64,000 nucleotides of DNA from Capsulimonadaceae bacterium (GCA_965215505.1 OZ244065.1:3136001-3200000); one strand, 5' to 3'; shown: positions 24,482 to 33,112, numbered from the stretch's first letter. Notes: generated by a model not told the origin, from the letters alone. Program-made: numbers and translations.

Positions 24482-26722
24482 TTACGGCCCGGCACTGACG
24501 GCAGTGGCGCTCCACAGGTTGTTCGCGCCGTTGTCGGTGTACGGGCCGTAGCCCGCCACGGTAAAGTCGAAAGCGTTGCTCACGCCCCATAGCATGGCCC
24601 GGTTGTCCGTGTTGGCCCACAGGATGTGCGAGAGGCCGTCCGGCCCCGTCGCCACGGCGGTGGCACTCCACAGGTTGCCGGGCGCGTCGTCGGTGTACGG
24701 CCCGTACCCGGCCAGCGTGAAGCTGAAGTCCGGGGCGACGTCCCAGAACATCGCCCGCCGGTCCGTGTTGCCCCACAAGAGGTGGGTCACATTGTCCGGC
24801 CCCGCCGAGACGCCCACCGCCGACCACTTGTTGGCCGACGGGTCGCCGCCCACGCTGCCGTCCGTGTACGGCCCGTAGCCCGCGACGCCCAGGACGTTCG
24901 ACCCGCCCGGCCCGCCCAGCGTCCACAGCATGACGCGGTTGTCGGTGTTGTTCCACACGACACGGCTCACGTTGTCCGGCCCGGTCGCGAGGGCGGTCGC
25001 CGACCAGACGTTGCCGGGGTCCGGGCTGACATAGTCGTCCGTGTACGGCCCGTAGCCGCTCAGGCCCAGGAGGTCCCCCTGGGCGTCCAGGTCCCAGAAC
25101 ATCATGCGTCGGTCCGTGTTGCTCCACAGCAGGTGCGTCAGGCCGTCAGGCCCGACCGAGATGCCGACGGCGCTCCACAGGTTGCCGGGGCTGCTGCTGA
25201 CATAAGTGTCCGTGTACGGGCCGTAGCCCGTGACGCTCAGGACAGCGCCCTGGGCGTCCAGGCTCCAGAGCATGACGCGGCGGTCCACGTTGTTCCAGAC
25301 GAGTCGGCTGGTGCCGTCGGGGGCGGCGGCGAGGGCGGTGGCGTGCCACTTGTTGTTCGGGTCGCTGCTGACGTAATCGTCGGTGTACGGGCCATAGCCG
25401 GCGTAGGTGAACGTGCCGTCCTGGGCGACGTTCCAGAGCATGACGCGCCCGTCGGCGTTGTTCCACAGCAGGTGCGTGGTCGAAGGCACAGGGATCTTGA
25501 AGACCGTGCCGGTGTTGTTGGCTCCGCCCGCTGCGGTTGTGCCATATAGAAAGCCATCACCAAGAACAAGCGGAGAGGACACAGGATTAGCACCATCGGT
25601 GACACCACTGAAGTCGTACAGGACTTGGAAGCCCGTGCCATCTGGATGCAAGCGGTAGACACTCCCGAGGCCGCTCGTGCCGCCGTTATTAGTCAACCCG
25701 CAAAGAGATCCATCGCCAAGGACAATGAGTGAGGCCGAAGGCTGCCCATCAGGAAAGGTGAGAAGTGTTTGGAAGCCCGTCCCATCCAGCTTGATTTTGA
25801 AAATGGTTCCGCAGCCACCTCTAGCGTTGGCGAGCTGGTTTGTGCCGTACAAGTAGCCATCCCCCGGAGCAAGTAGGGTGGAACTTGGGTAGGCCCCGTC
25901 AGTGTCACCACGAAAATTGTAAAGCGTTTGAAAGCCCGTGCCGTCTGGATGCAAGCGGTAAATACTGCCGAGGCCGTTCTGAAAACCGGAACTGGTTGTA
26001 CCATAGAGAAACCCATCACCAGGAGCGACCAGCGCGCTCTGTGGGCCGGAGCCGTCACCGCCGCTAAAATTATGCACCACTTGAAAGCCCGACCCATCTG
26101 GATGCAAGCGGTAGACGGTCCCGCCATTCAGGGCACCATTAAAATCGGCCGTGCTATAGAGAAAGCCATCCCCAGGGGCAATCAACGCAGCCTGTGGCCC
26201 ACTGCCATCTATCTCGATGCCGTTTTGCCTATCTTCAAATCTGTAGATCGTTTGGTAGCCGGTTCCGTCGAGTCTGATCCGGAAAATGGTTCCATAACCG
26301 AAGGCGGCACCGTGTTCGGTCGTGCCGTACAAGTAGCCATCGCCCGGAGCAAGTAAGGAAGCAGCCGGATTGGCTCCATCAGCGCCGGTTTGACCACTGC
26401 TGGTGAAAAAATAAAGTGTTTGAAAGGCGGACCCATCGGGCTTGACCTTGAAGACCGAGCCTACGCCGTATGCCCCGCCGTACTGAGTGGTGCCGTACAG
26501 AAAGCCGTCGCCAGGCGCAATCAGTGAACATGTGGGGCTAGCACCATCAGCGCTGAGGCCAGTGCTGGGATCAACTGCGAACGTGTGCAGGGTCGTCAGC
26601 GGCGGACTAGCGGCCTCTGCACCTATCGCAGAAACCATAACAAGGAGTAGGCAAAGCAAGGCCGTGTTCAGCGACCGAAGGAAGAGGATGGCGCTAATGC
26701 GTATGAGGAGACAGACGTGCAA
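24482..26722 (-). CDS. array A9: exported Gloeo_Verruco (TIGR03803-like) repeat protein + six-repeat module
   Basis: About seven repeats DGA.P.A.L.APGDG(F/Y)LYGTT..GG..G.G(T/S)(I/V)(F/Y)R...DG.GFQTL. Module at 24482-25480. TTG start uncertain. Confidence 0.85.
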   Translation of the reverse strand: MHVCLLIRISAILFLRSLNTALLCLLLVMVSAIGAEAASPPLTTLHTFAVDPSTGLSADGASPTCSLIAPGDGFLYGTTQYGGAYGVGSVFKVKPDGSAFQTLYFFTSSGQTGADGANPAASLLAPGDGYLYGTTEHGAAFGYGTIFRIRLDGTGYQTIYRFEDRQNGIEIDGSGPQAALIAPGDGFLYSTADFNGALNGGTVYRLHPDGSGFQVVHNFSGGDGSGPQSALVAPGDGFLYGTTSSGFQNGLGSIYRLHPDGTGFQTLYNFRGDTDGAYPSSTLLAPGDGYLYGTNQLANARGGCGTIFKIKLDGTGFQTLLTFPDGQPSASLIVLGDGSLCGLTNNGGTSGLGSVYRLHPDGTGFQVLYDFSGVTDGANPVSSPLVLGDGFLYGTTAAGGANNTGTVFKIPVPSTTHLLWNNADGRVMLWNVAQDGTFTYAGYGPYTDDYVSSDPNNKWHATALAAAPDGTSRLVWNNVDRRVMLWSLDAQGAVLSVTGYGPYTDTYVSSSPGNLWSAVGISVGPDGLTHLLWSNTDRRMMFWDLDAQGDLLGLSGYGPYTDDYVSPDPGNVWSATALATGPDNVSRVVWNNTDNRVMLWTLGGPGGSNVLGVAGYGPYTDGSVGGDPSANKWSAVGVSAGPDNVTHLLWGNTDRRAMFWDVAPDFSFTLAGYGPYTDDAPGNLWSATAVATGPDGLSHILWANTDNRAMLWGVSNAFDFTVAGYGPYTDNGANNLWSATAVSAGP

Positions 26723-26785
26723 AAGGTACTCACTTTCTCACAAGAGGACGAGATTACTCCAACAGAAGTAGAAAATCGCGGGGTT

Positions 26786-26814
26786 ATTATAACACGGTCG
26801 GCGGGCGGGGTCAA
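26786..26814 (-). promoter_or_regulatory. sigma70-type promoter for A9
   Basis: TTGACC-17-TATAAT with TG. Confidence 0.72.
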
Positions 26815-26833
26815 GAAAGTCGGACAACAAAAC

Positions 26834-27129
26834 AGGGCAATCGCACATCATACCCGGCCGTGCCATGATTAAGCCGTGCCATGATTAAGCCGTGCCATGA
26901 ATGGCACGGCTAGGGTTTTAGTGGGGTAGACGGCCTTCGGCCACAAAGTACCGCTTCTGCACTGGGCAGCACTGACTACCCGGAGGGCAGACCCGGAGGG
27001 CGCGGGGTTAAGATATCTCTTTGACTGCATTCCGAGTGCCGCGAAGCGGTACTTCCTGGCGTCTGCGCCGCGTAGCCGTACCATTCATGGTATGGGCAGA
27101 GGAACCCAGAGTGATGTGCAATCGTCCCA
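26834..27129. mobile_element. MITE/REPIN-like palindromic insertion
   Basis: Imperfect inverted ends (gcacatca 26843-26850 / tgatgtgc 27112-27119). Inner inverted hairpins GCCGTGCCATGAATGGCACGGC and GCCGTACCATTCATGGTATGG. GACAACA occurs on both sides. Confidence 0.55.
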
Positions 27130-27137
27130 GACAACAG

Positions 27138-27166
27138 AAAACGGGCGCGGCTTTCGCCGCGCCCGT
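27138..27166 (-). terminator. array-type terminator after the barrel gene
   Basis: AAAACGGGCGCGGC-tttc-GCCGCGCCCGT. Confidence 0.75.
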
Positions 27167-27190
27167 CCGTGTCTCTTGCTGAAGGAGCGT

Positions 27191-28441
27191 CTACCGCCCG
27201 CCGAAGGTCAGGCCGAGGGCGACCTGCTGCTGCGGGTCCGTGCCGGTCGCGAGGTCCAGGCGCGCGCCGCCCAGGGACAGGCCGATGCCGGCCACGAAGC
27301 GGCTCTGGTCGTAGCCGCCGCGCAGGGAGAACGTGCGGCCGAGGGGGTACTCGACGCCCAGGTGGAAGGAGCGCTTGCCGCCGTTGACGTTGCCGAGGTT
27401 GTGCAGCTCGGCGGCATAAGTGACCTTGTTGTAGGTGGACAGGCCGCCCAGGTCTATCTGCGGCTTCATCTGGAAGTTGAAGTCGCCGGCCGGGATGACG
27501 CCGAGCGAGTTGCCGTTGACGACGCGGGGGAGGCGGAAGGTCGGGGACAGCAGGTTGCGGACCACGACCGCGCCCCGGATGTGGTAGAGGGGATCGGGCA
27601 CGGACGTGAAGCCGAGGTCAACGTCGAACTTCTGCTGGTGAACCTCTTTGTAGGTCGCGCCGACGATGTTGCCGTTGGGTGCCCCGGTGGCCGGGTCAAT
27701 GCCGTTGCTGGTGTCGGTCTCGTCCACCAGGAAGCCCGCCGAGGCGAAGGAGGCCTGGGTGAAGCGCGGGCTGATGCCGACCGTCCCGACCGCCACGGGC
27801 AGGGAGAAGGGGACGGCGACGTTGGTCAGGCCCAGGGCACCGTAGCGGGCGTAGACCTTGCCGGTCGGCCCGGCCAAACCCGTGACGGGGATGGCGATGG
27901 GCTGCAAGTCCACGCGGGCGGCCAGCGTCCCGTAGGCGACCAGGCCGACGTTCTTGACCGAGAAGCCGACCAATGGGGCGACCGTGGCACTCAGGGTGGC
28001 CGGGGACCCGGTCCGGTCATTCGCGCCCGCGCCGGTGGCGAAGTTGTAGACCTTCTGAAAGGAGTCGCGGACGGGTGCCAGTGACCCGTTATTGTTGTTG
28101 AACTGGTCGCCTAAGTGTTTCAGGCCGTTGGACAGGTCGTTGATCTTGGCGACGTGGACATTGGAGGTGCGGCCCACGGCGCTCTGCGTCTCGCTGTAGG
28201 AACCCGCCGTCCCGACCGAGGCGGGGTTGAAGGCGGCCCCGCCCACGTCGCCGGGCAGCAGCAGGTCCGTCCCGCCCATGCCCATGGCGCGGGCGCGGGC
28301 CCGGAACTGGGTGCGGTCGAGTTCGGAGGGCGTCACCGGCGCGGGCGCCTGGGCATGAGCCGCCCCGCAGAGCGCGGCCGAAGTGAGCGCGGCGGTCGTC
28401 AGCGCGGCGAGGGCGGGCAAGCCCCGTTGCTTCTTTGTCAT
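27191..28441 (-). CDS. outer-membrane beta-barrel, FadL/PorV/TraF-like
   Basis: Signal peptide (AAHA/QA). N-terminal plug motif ARAMGMGG....GD....FNPA. C-terminal amphipathic strands HLGVEY..FSLRGGY..AGIGL..LDLA..ALGLTF. Confidence 0.72.
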   Translation of the reverse strand: MTKKQRGLPALAALTTAALTSAALCGAAHAQAPAPVTPSELDRTQFRARARAMGMGGTDLLLPGDVGGAAFNPASVGTAGSYSETQSAVGRTSNVHVAKINDLSNGLKHLGDQFNNNNGSLAPVRDSFQKVYNFATGAGANDRTGSPATLSATVAPLVGFSVKNVGLVAYGTLAARVDLQPIAIPVTGLAGPTGKVYARYGALGLTNVAVPFSLPVAVGTVGISPRFTQASFASAGFLVDETDTSNGIDPATGAPNGNIVGATYKEVHQQKFDVDLGFTSVPDPLYHIRGAVVVRNLLSPTFRLPRVVNGNSLGVIPAGDFNFQMKPQIDLGGLSTYNKVTYAAELHNLGNVNGGKRSFHLGVEYPLGRTFSLRGGYDQSRFVAGIGLSLGGARLDLATGTDPQQQVALGLTFGGR

Positions 28442-28470
28442 CTTGGGTTCTCCTGAGTGGTGTGGACTTG

Positions 28471-29199
28471 CTAGCCGGCGCTGACGGTGAGCGTCGTGGT
28501 GTCGAACGTGATCTGCATCGGCGTCCCCCCCGGCACACTCGCGCTGGTCCCGTTCAGCGTCACGACCACCTGCTTGTTCTGATCCTCGCCGGTGATGATG
28601 TTAATCAGCGAGGTCAGGGTCGCCCCCTGGATGCTCACGGCGGCGAGCTGGAACGCGGACGGGTTATCGGCGGAATAGGTCCCGTCCGGCTGCTGCGTGA
28701 ACGAAACCGGGCCGGAGGTCGCCAGGGCGGGCAGGGTGACGCGGTCGGCGACGGCCCCGCCGGCGGCGGCACTCAGGTCGTCCGCCTCGGCGGTGACGGA
28801 GAAGGTCGTGAGGGTGAAGTGGGCCGGCAGGGGGGCGGCCCCGGCCTGGCCGCCATTGGCGGCGGTCAGCGTCACGACCGGCTTGGGGCTGATGCGTAGG
28901 GTCGCGCTCGCCACGCTCGAAAGGTTGATCGTCTGCTTCGTGAACGGGTAGACGTTCGTGTTGGCGTCGTGCGGCGTGCGCGCGGCGGTGCGGGCGGCAC
29001 CGACGACCGGGTTGGTGAGGTCAACGGTGGCGGCCTGCTTGTCCAGCCCGAAGGGGTTGGCGACGGTGACGTTGGGGACGTTCACCTGGGCCGAGTCGAG
29101 GTTCTTGACGACTCCGCTGCACCCGGAGAGGACCGGACCGGCGGCGAGCAGCGCGGCAAGGGCGATGGCGCGCGGCAGAAGGCGGGGACGAAGATGCAT
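28471..29199 (-). CDS. lipoprotein, unknown function
   Basis: GGAGG RBS, lipobox LSGC, beta-rich. Ends 29 bp before the barrel gene. Confidence 0.75.
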   Translation of the reverse strand: MHLRPRLLPRAIALAALLAAGPVLSGCSGVVKNLDSAQVNVPNVTVANPFGLDKQAATVDLTNPVVGAARTAARTPHDANTNVYPFTKQTINLSSVASATLRISPKPVVTLTAANGGQAGAAPLPAHFTLTTFSVTAEADDLSAAAGGAVADRVTLPALATSGPVSFTQQPDGTYSADNPSAFQLAAVSIQGATLTSLINIITGEDQNKQVVVTLNGTSASVPGGTPMQITFDTTTLTVSAG

Positions 29200-29438
29200 G
29201 GGAAATTCCTCCAAAACTAAGGGCATGGTGCGGCGAAGGGAAGCGCTCGGGACGGGGCCGAAAGGGAGGCCGGTTCACGCTCGGGCCGGGAACATTGTTC
29301 CACAAGAGCGTCAGAATCCCCAGCATCTTTTGCAGCCCCGGCACGTCGCCGGCTCACGGCACCACGCCGTCAGTATCGGTAGATTTACCGGGTTTTTGGA
29401 GGGCAGATTTTGGAGGGTAGGTTTCTTGGGGTGGCGGC

Positions 29439-29690
29439 TCACACCCAGACGTTCAGCACGGCCAGCACGAGCAGCCGGGTGACGCTGGGGACGCCGCAGC
29501 GGGTCTGGAGCGCGGCCAGGAGGCGCTGCGCGTCGCCCTGCGACATGCCCAGGGCGGGGGCCGCGTCCGCCAGCGGGTGTCCGGACACCAGCAGCCGCAG
29601 CAGGGCGTGTTCCACCGGTGCCAGCGGTATGCCGGGCGTCAGGCGCACGCGCCCCCGCCCCGCCCCATCGCTCGTCGTTGATTCCGTCAT
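29439..29690 (-). CDS. small stand-alone LuxR-type HTH-like protein
   Basis: LAPVEHALLRLLVSG....AAPALGMS......LAAL....GV.S.T.L..LA resembles the LuxR C-terminal pattern. GGAG RBS. Confidence 0.55.
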   Translation of the reverse strand: MTESTTSDGAGRGRVRLTPGIPLAPVEHALLRLLVSGHPLADAAPALGMSQGDAQRLLAALQTRCGVPSVTRLLVLAVLNVWV

Positions 29691-29812
29691 GGTGGTCGTC
29701 CGCTCCCGTTCCCTCGAAGGATGCCGTCAGTATGACCGCCGGGCGCATGTCCGGCTTTACCGCGTGTCACGCCCAGACTGTGACATCGGGCACACCCGCG
29801 AGCGGCGTTTCC

Positions 29813-29841
29813 TTGACAAAATCCCGCCGTCCTGCCAGAAT
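29813..29841 (+). promoter_or_regulatory. sigma70-type promoter
   Basis: TTGACA-17-CAGAAT with TG. Confidence 0.55.
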
Positions 29842-29892
29842 GAGGCAGTGGGATACTGATGGGCGGGATCAGGAGCGGGTGAAGGCGGCCTC

Positions 29893-30111
29893 ATGCACGA
29901 GATGATCAAGCGGGACGGCAACGTCCTCATCGGGCAGGTGATGAAGATGCAGACGGTCCGCAACTCGAACGTCGTGGACCTGGTCGAGATCCTGTGGGTG
30001 GAACACGGCATGATCCGGCTGCGCTTCATGGAGCGCAGCCGCAAGCCCGTGGTCTGGGTGCCGGTTGACAGCATTTTGGAGTTGCGCGAGACGGACGAGA
30101 ACCTGCGGTAG
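29893..30111 (+). CDS. small hypothetical protein
   Basis: 72 aa with GC3-rich codon usage, downstream of a promoter. Confidence 0.6.
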   Translation: MHEMIKRDGNVLIGQVMKMQTVRNSNVVDLVEILWVEHGMIRLRFMERSRKPVVWVPVDSILELRETDENLR

Positions 30112-30213
30112 TGTCATGCGCCCGTGGTTAGACCCGGCCCTGAAGGGCCGGGACAACAGGAGTCGGGACAACAGGAGCCGGGACAGCGGGGCCGCCGCGC
30201 GAAAGGTGCATCA

Positions 30214-30777
30214 GTGAACATCGTCGCCATCTCGGGGAGCCTGCGCGCCGCCTCGACCAACACAGCCCTGGTGCGGGCCGCCGCCGCACTCGCCCCGGAC
30301 GGCATGGACGTCACGGTCTACGGCGGCCTGGCCGACCTGCCGCACTTCAGCCCGGAACTCGACGGCCCACCCGGCGTCGGGGATGCGCCCCCGCCCGTCC
30401 GGCACCTGCGCGGGCTGCTGGCCGGGGCCGACGGTGCCCTGGTCTGCACCCCCGAATACGCCTACGGGATGCCGGGCAGCCTGAAGAACGCCCTGGACTG
30501 GCTGGTTTCCTCGGGCGAGCTGTGGCGCAAGCCGGTCGTCGCCCTCAGCGCCTCCCCGTCCGCGCTGGGCGGCGAGAAGGCCCACGCCGCGCTCCTCTTG
30601 ACGCTGTCCGCCCTGGAGGCGCGCGTCGTCGCGGCGGGGTCCCTGACCATTCCGTTCGTCCGCACCAAAGTCACGAAAGAGGGCGGGATCGCGGACCCGG
30701 AAACCGCGCGGGCTTTGCGGGCGTCATTGGCGGCGCTGGCGCGGGCGGTCGAGGCGGTGCGGGCAGAGGGGCTGTAA
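30214..30777 (+). CDS. NADPH-dependent FMN reductase
   Basis: IVAISGSLRAASTN and TPEYAYGMPGSLKNALDW. Confidence 0.9.
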   Translation: MNIVAISGSLRAASTNTALVRAAAALAPDGMDVTVYGGLADLPHFSPELDGPPGVGDAPPPVRHLRGLLAGADGALVCTPEYAYGMPGSLKNALDWLVSSGELWRKPVVALSASPSALGGEKAHAALLLTLSALEARVVAAGSLTIPFVRTKVTKEGGIADPETARALRASLAALARAVEAVRAEGL

Positions 30778-30846
30778 CGCGGCGAACTCTTTTCCCGCGT
30801 CCTCCGTATTAGAAGGCAAGTATCGGCGCACCGGGCGCGGGAGGGA

Positions 30847-31089
30847 ATGACGATGCACGTTGACGGACAGCAGATCATCGCGCTGGGCATCGTGGCTGTG
30901 GCCGCGCTGGCGGTCGGGCGGCGGCTGTGGCGGCAGGCATCTGCCTTCCGCGCCCGGCCGGGCCGGGGCGATGGCGGCGGCTGTGACGGCTGCCCGAGCG
31001 GCGGCGCGTCCAAAACGCCCGCCGCCCCGCCGCTGATGCAGATCCAGACCAAGCCGCCGGTGCATCTGCGGAGGCCACCGGCGGGATGA
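30847..31089 (+). CDS. small Cys-rich membrane protein (FeoB-associated-like)
   Basis: N-terminal TM helix followed by GGGCDGCP. Confidence 0.55.
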   Translation: MTMHVDGQQIIALGIVAVAALAVGRRLWRQASAFRARPGRGDGGGCDGCPSGGASKTPAAPPLMQIQTKPPVHLRRPPAG

Positions 31090-31502
31090 GGCGAGAAAAA
31101 GGGCGCGGCAGACAGCGCCCCCACGTTCTGGTCCTGGCGGGCCTTGCGTTCTGCGCCGGCTGCGCCCCCCACCCCGCCGCGCCGCCCGCCGAGGCGCGGG
31201 ACCCGAACCTGAACCTAGCCCTGGAAATGACGCCGCGCCCGGTCACCTCGCTCGACCCTACCGTCCTGACCGTGCGCGTTACGGACAGCGCGGGGAAGCC
31301 GGTCAGCGGGGCGGACATCATCCTGCACCTGGACATGCCGGCGATGCCGATGGGCGACAACGCGGTGGCGGTGCGCGAGACGGCATCGGGAAGGTACGCT
31401 GGGACGGGCCGGTTCACGATGGCCGGGGAGTGGCGCGTGACGGCAGCGGCCGTGAAGGGATCGGGGCGGGCGGTGCGGGTGTTCCCCGTGGAGGTGAGGT
31501 AG
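31086..31502 (+). CDS. YtkA/FixH-like lipoprotein
   Basis: Lipobox CAGC, GKPVSGA...MPAMPMG, GRY...FTMAGEW. Confidence 0.72.
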   Translation: MRREKGRGRQRPHVLVLAGLAFCAGCAPHPAAPPAEARDPNLNLALEMTPRPVTSLDPTVLTVRVTDSAGKPVSGADIILHLDMPAMPMGDNAVAVRETASGRYAGTGRFTMAGEWRVTAAAVKGSGRAVRVFPVEVR

Positions 31503-31509
31503 AGACACG

Positions 31510-31983
31510 ATGGGCACATACGAACCGGGCGAATACGGGGATGGGTTTGGGAATGGGTACGGGCGCGAGCCGGGCAGCGTCGGCGGCGGCTGGCTGGGCA
31601 CCTACTCCTACAAAGGGGCCATGGGGACCCAGCCGCCGGTGCGGTTCGAGGCGACTCTGAGCGAGCCGGACGGCGAGGGCAAATTCCGTGGCACCATCCT
31701 CGACGACCACGGGCTGGGCGAGGCGAACGTCGCGGGCGGACAGAGCGGCGCGGGCGTCCGGTTCTCCAAGCGCTACCGCAAGCGCGGGCAGGCGTCCGTC
31801 TCTTACGAGGGCACTTTGGCCGACGACGGGCGCACGATGCAGGGGACGTGGCGGATTGCGGACATGGCGCACGGCGTCTGGGACGCCCGCCGCCTCTGGT
31901 CCGAAGCGGGCGGCGAGGAGGCAGTGGAGGAGAGCGAGGAGCGCGAAGTGGTGCGCGTCCGTGAAGTGGTCCGGCTCGGGTGA
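31510..31983 (+). CDS. hypothetical protein
   Basis: GAGGT RBS and operonic position. FSKRY...YEG.L..DG..M.GTW. Confidence 0.65.
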   Translation: MGTYEPGEYGDGFGNGYGREPGSVGGGWLGTYSYKGAMGTQPPVRFEATLSEPDGEGKFRGTILDDHGLGEANVAGGQSGAGVRFSKRYRKRGQASVSYEGTLADDGRTMQGTWRIADMAHGVWDARRLWSEAGGEEAVEESEEREVVRVREVVRLG

Positions 31984-32681
31984 GCGGCGTCCCGGCAGAT
32001 TCCTTGTACCTCCTGACCCTGGCGATGGGGCTGGCGAGCGGCTTCTCGCACTGCATCGGCATGTGCGGAATCTTCGTCGTCTCGTATGCCGGGATGCCGG
32101 GCAAGGGGGAGGCGCGGCTGCTCCACCCCGCCCGGCACCTATTGTTCCACGGCGGGCGTCTCGCCGCGCTGGCCTCTTTGGGTCTGGTCGGCGGGTCCAT
32201 CGGGGCCTTGGGACATCGCTGGGCTTCCGCGCAGGGCACGGTCAGCCTGGCCGTCGGCGTCGTCATGCTGGGCCTTGCTCTCGGCCTGGCCGGCTTCGTG
32301 CCGCGCTTCCGGCTGCCCGAGCCGGACGTGCTGGGGGCGGGCGGCGGGCGGCTGCGGCGGCTCTATTTGCGCGTCTTGCAGTCCCGGAGCGCGCTGAAGC
32401 CGCTGGGCGTCGGCGTCTTCGTCGGCCTCCTGCCCTGCGGCCTGACCTATAACGCTTTGATGATGACCTTTACCCAGCGCCCGCTCTCGGGTGCCCTCCT
32501 GATGCTCTGCTTCGGCCTGGGCACAGTCCCCGGCCTGCTGGCCCTGGCCCTCTTCGGCAACGCGCTCTTCGGCGGCCTGCTGATGCGAATACCCTTCCGC
32601 CTCGCCATGACGCGCGTGTCTGCCCTGTTCATGGCCGCGCTGGGCGTGGCTTTTCTGTGGCGCGGTTGGTCGAGTCTTTAG
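31980..32681 (+). CDS. DsbD_2/TauE-SafE-like membrane protein
   Basis: HCIGMCG and GLLPCGLTY...MLCFGLGTVP motifs, multiple TMs. Confidence 0.85.
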   Translation: MSGVPADSLYLLTLAMGLASGFSHCIGMCGIFVVSYAGMPGKGEARLLHPARHLLFHGGRLAALASLGLVGGSIGALGHRWASAQGTVSLAVGVVMLGLALGLAGFVPRFRLPEPDVLGAGGGRLRRLYLRVLQSRSALKPLGVGVFVGLLPCGLTYNALMMTFTQRPLSGALLMLCFGLGTVPGLLALALFGNALFGGLLMRIPFRLAMTRVSALFMAALGVAFLWRGWSSL

Positions 32682-32751
32682 GCAGGACAAAAGCAGCCGA
32701 TCGTGTGCTACAATCCACTGGCGCAGTCTATTTCACAGGAGAACCCCCTCA

Positions 32752-33018
32752 ATGACCAAGCAGATCGTGGCGGCAGTCGCCGCCGGAGTCACCCTCTTTT
32801 CCGCCGCAGCGGGCATGGCGCAGCAGAAGCCGGCGATGCACAAGCCCGCCGCCAAGGCGACGGCGGCCAAGTCCGTCTATGTGTGTACGGAGTGCAAGGA
32901 GTACTTCTCGGCGATGTCCGCCAAGAAGATGGGCTACAAGGACAGCATGGGCCACAAGCTCGCCAAGGTGAGCAAGGCTCCCGCCGGCTTCGCCGACGGC
33001 TCCAAATCAACGATGTAG
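32752..33018 (+). CDS. small exported CxxC...H putative metal-binding protein
   Basis: AGGAG RBS, signal peptide, YVCTECK...MGHKL. Upstream TGcTACAAT. Confidence 0.7.
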   Translation: MTKQIVAAVAAGVTLFSAAAGMAQQKPAMHKPAAKATAAKSVYVCTECKEYFSAMSAKKMGYKDSMGHKLAKVSKAPAGFADGSKSTM

Positions 33019-33037
33019 TCCCGCCGGGCGAGGCAAG

Positions 33038-33071
33038 AACGGCGGCCGGCCAAGTGGCCCGCCGCCGTTTT
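33038..33071 (+). terminator. intrinsic terminator
   Basis: AACGGCGGCCGGCCA..TGGCCCGCCGCCGTTTT. Confidence 0.6.
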
Positions 33072-33112
33072 CCGTCTTTCGTGGCCAAGTCGGGTATACT
33101 GCTAGGCATATC

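Noticed and set aside
3911-25480. CRISPR array
   Set aside because: The repeats are ~156-bp degenerate in-frame coding units with no spacers, and there are no cas genes.
3911-26722. Diversity-generating retroelement
   Set aside because: No reverse transcriptase in the window, no non-coding template copy, and the differences I checked are not adenine-specific.
3911-26722. Shufflon or integron cassette array
   Set aside because: All genes are complete and co-oriented, most have their own promoters, and I see no adjacent recombinase or attC-like sites.
27191-28441. Conjugation gene (traF)
   Set aside because: No other tra/T4SS genes or relaxase. The motif is shared across FadL-like barrels.
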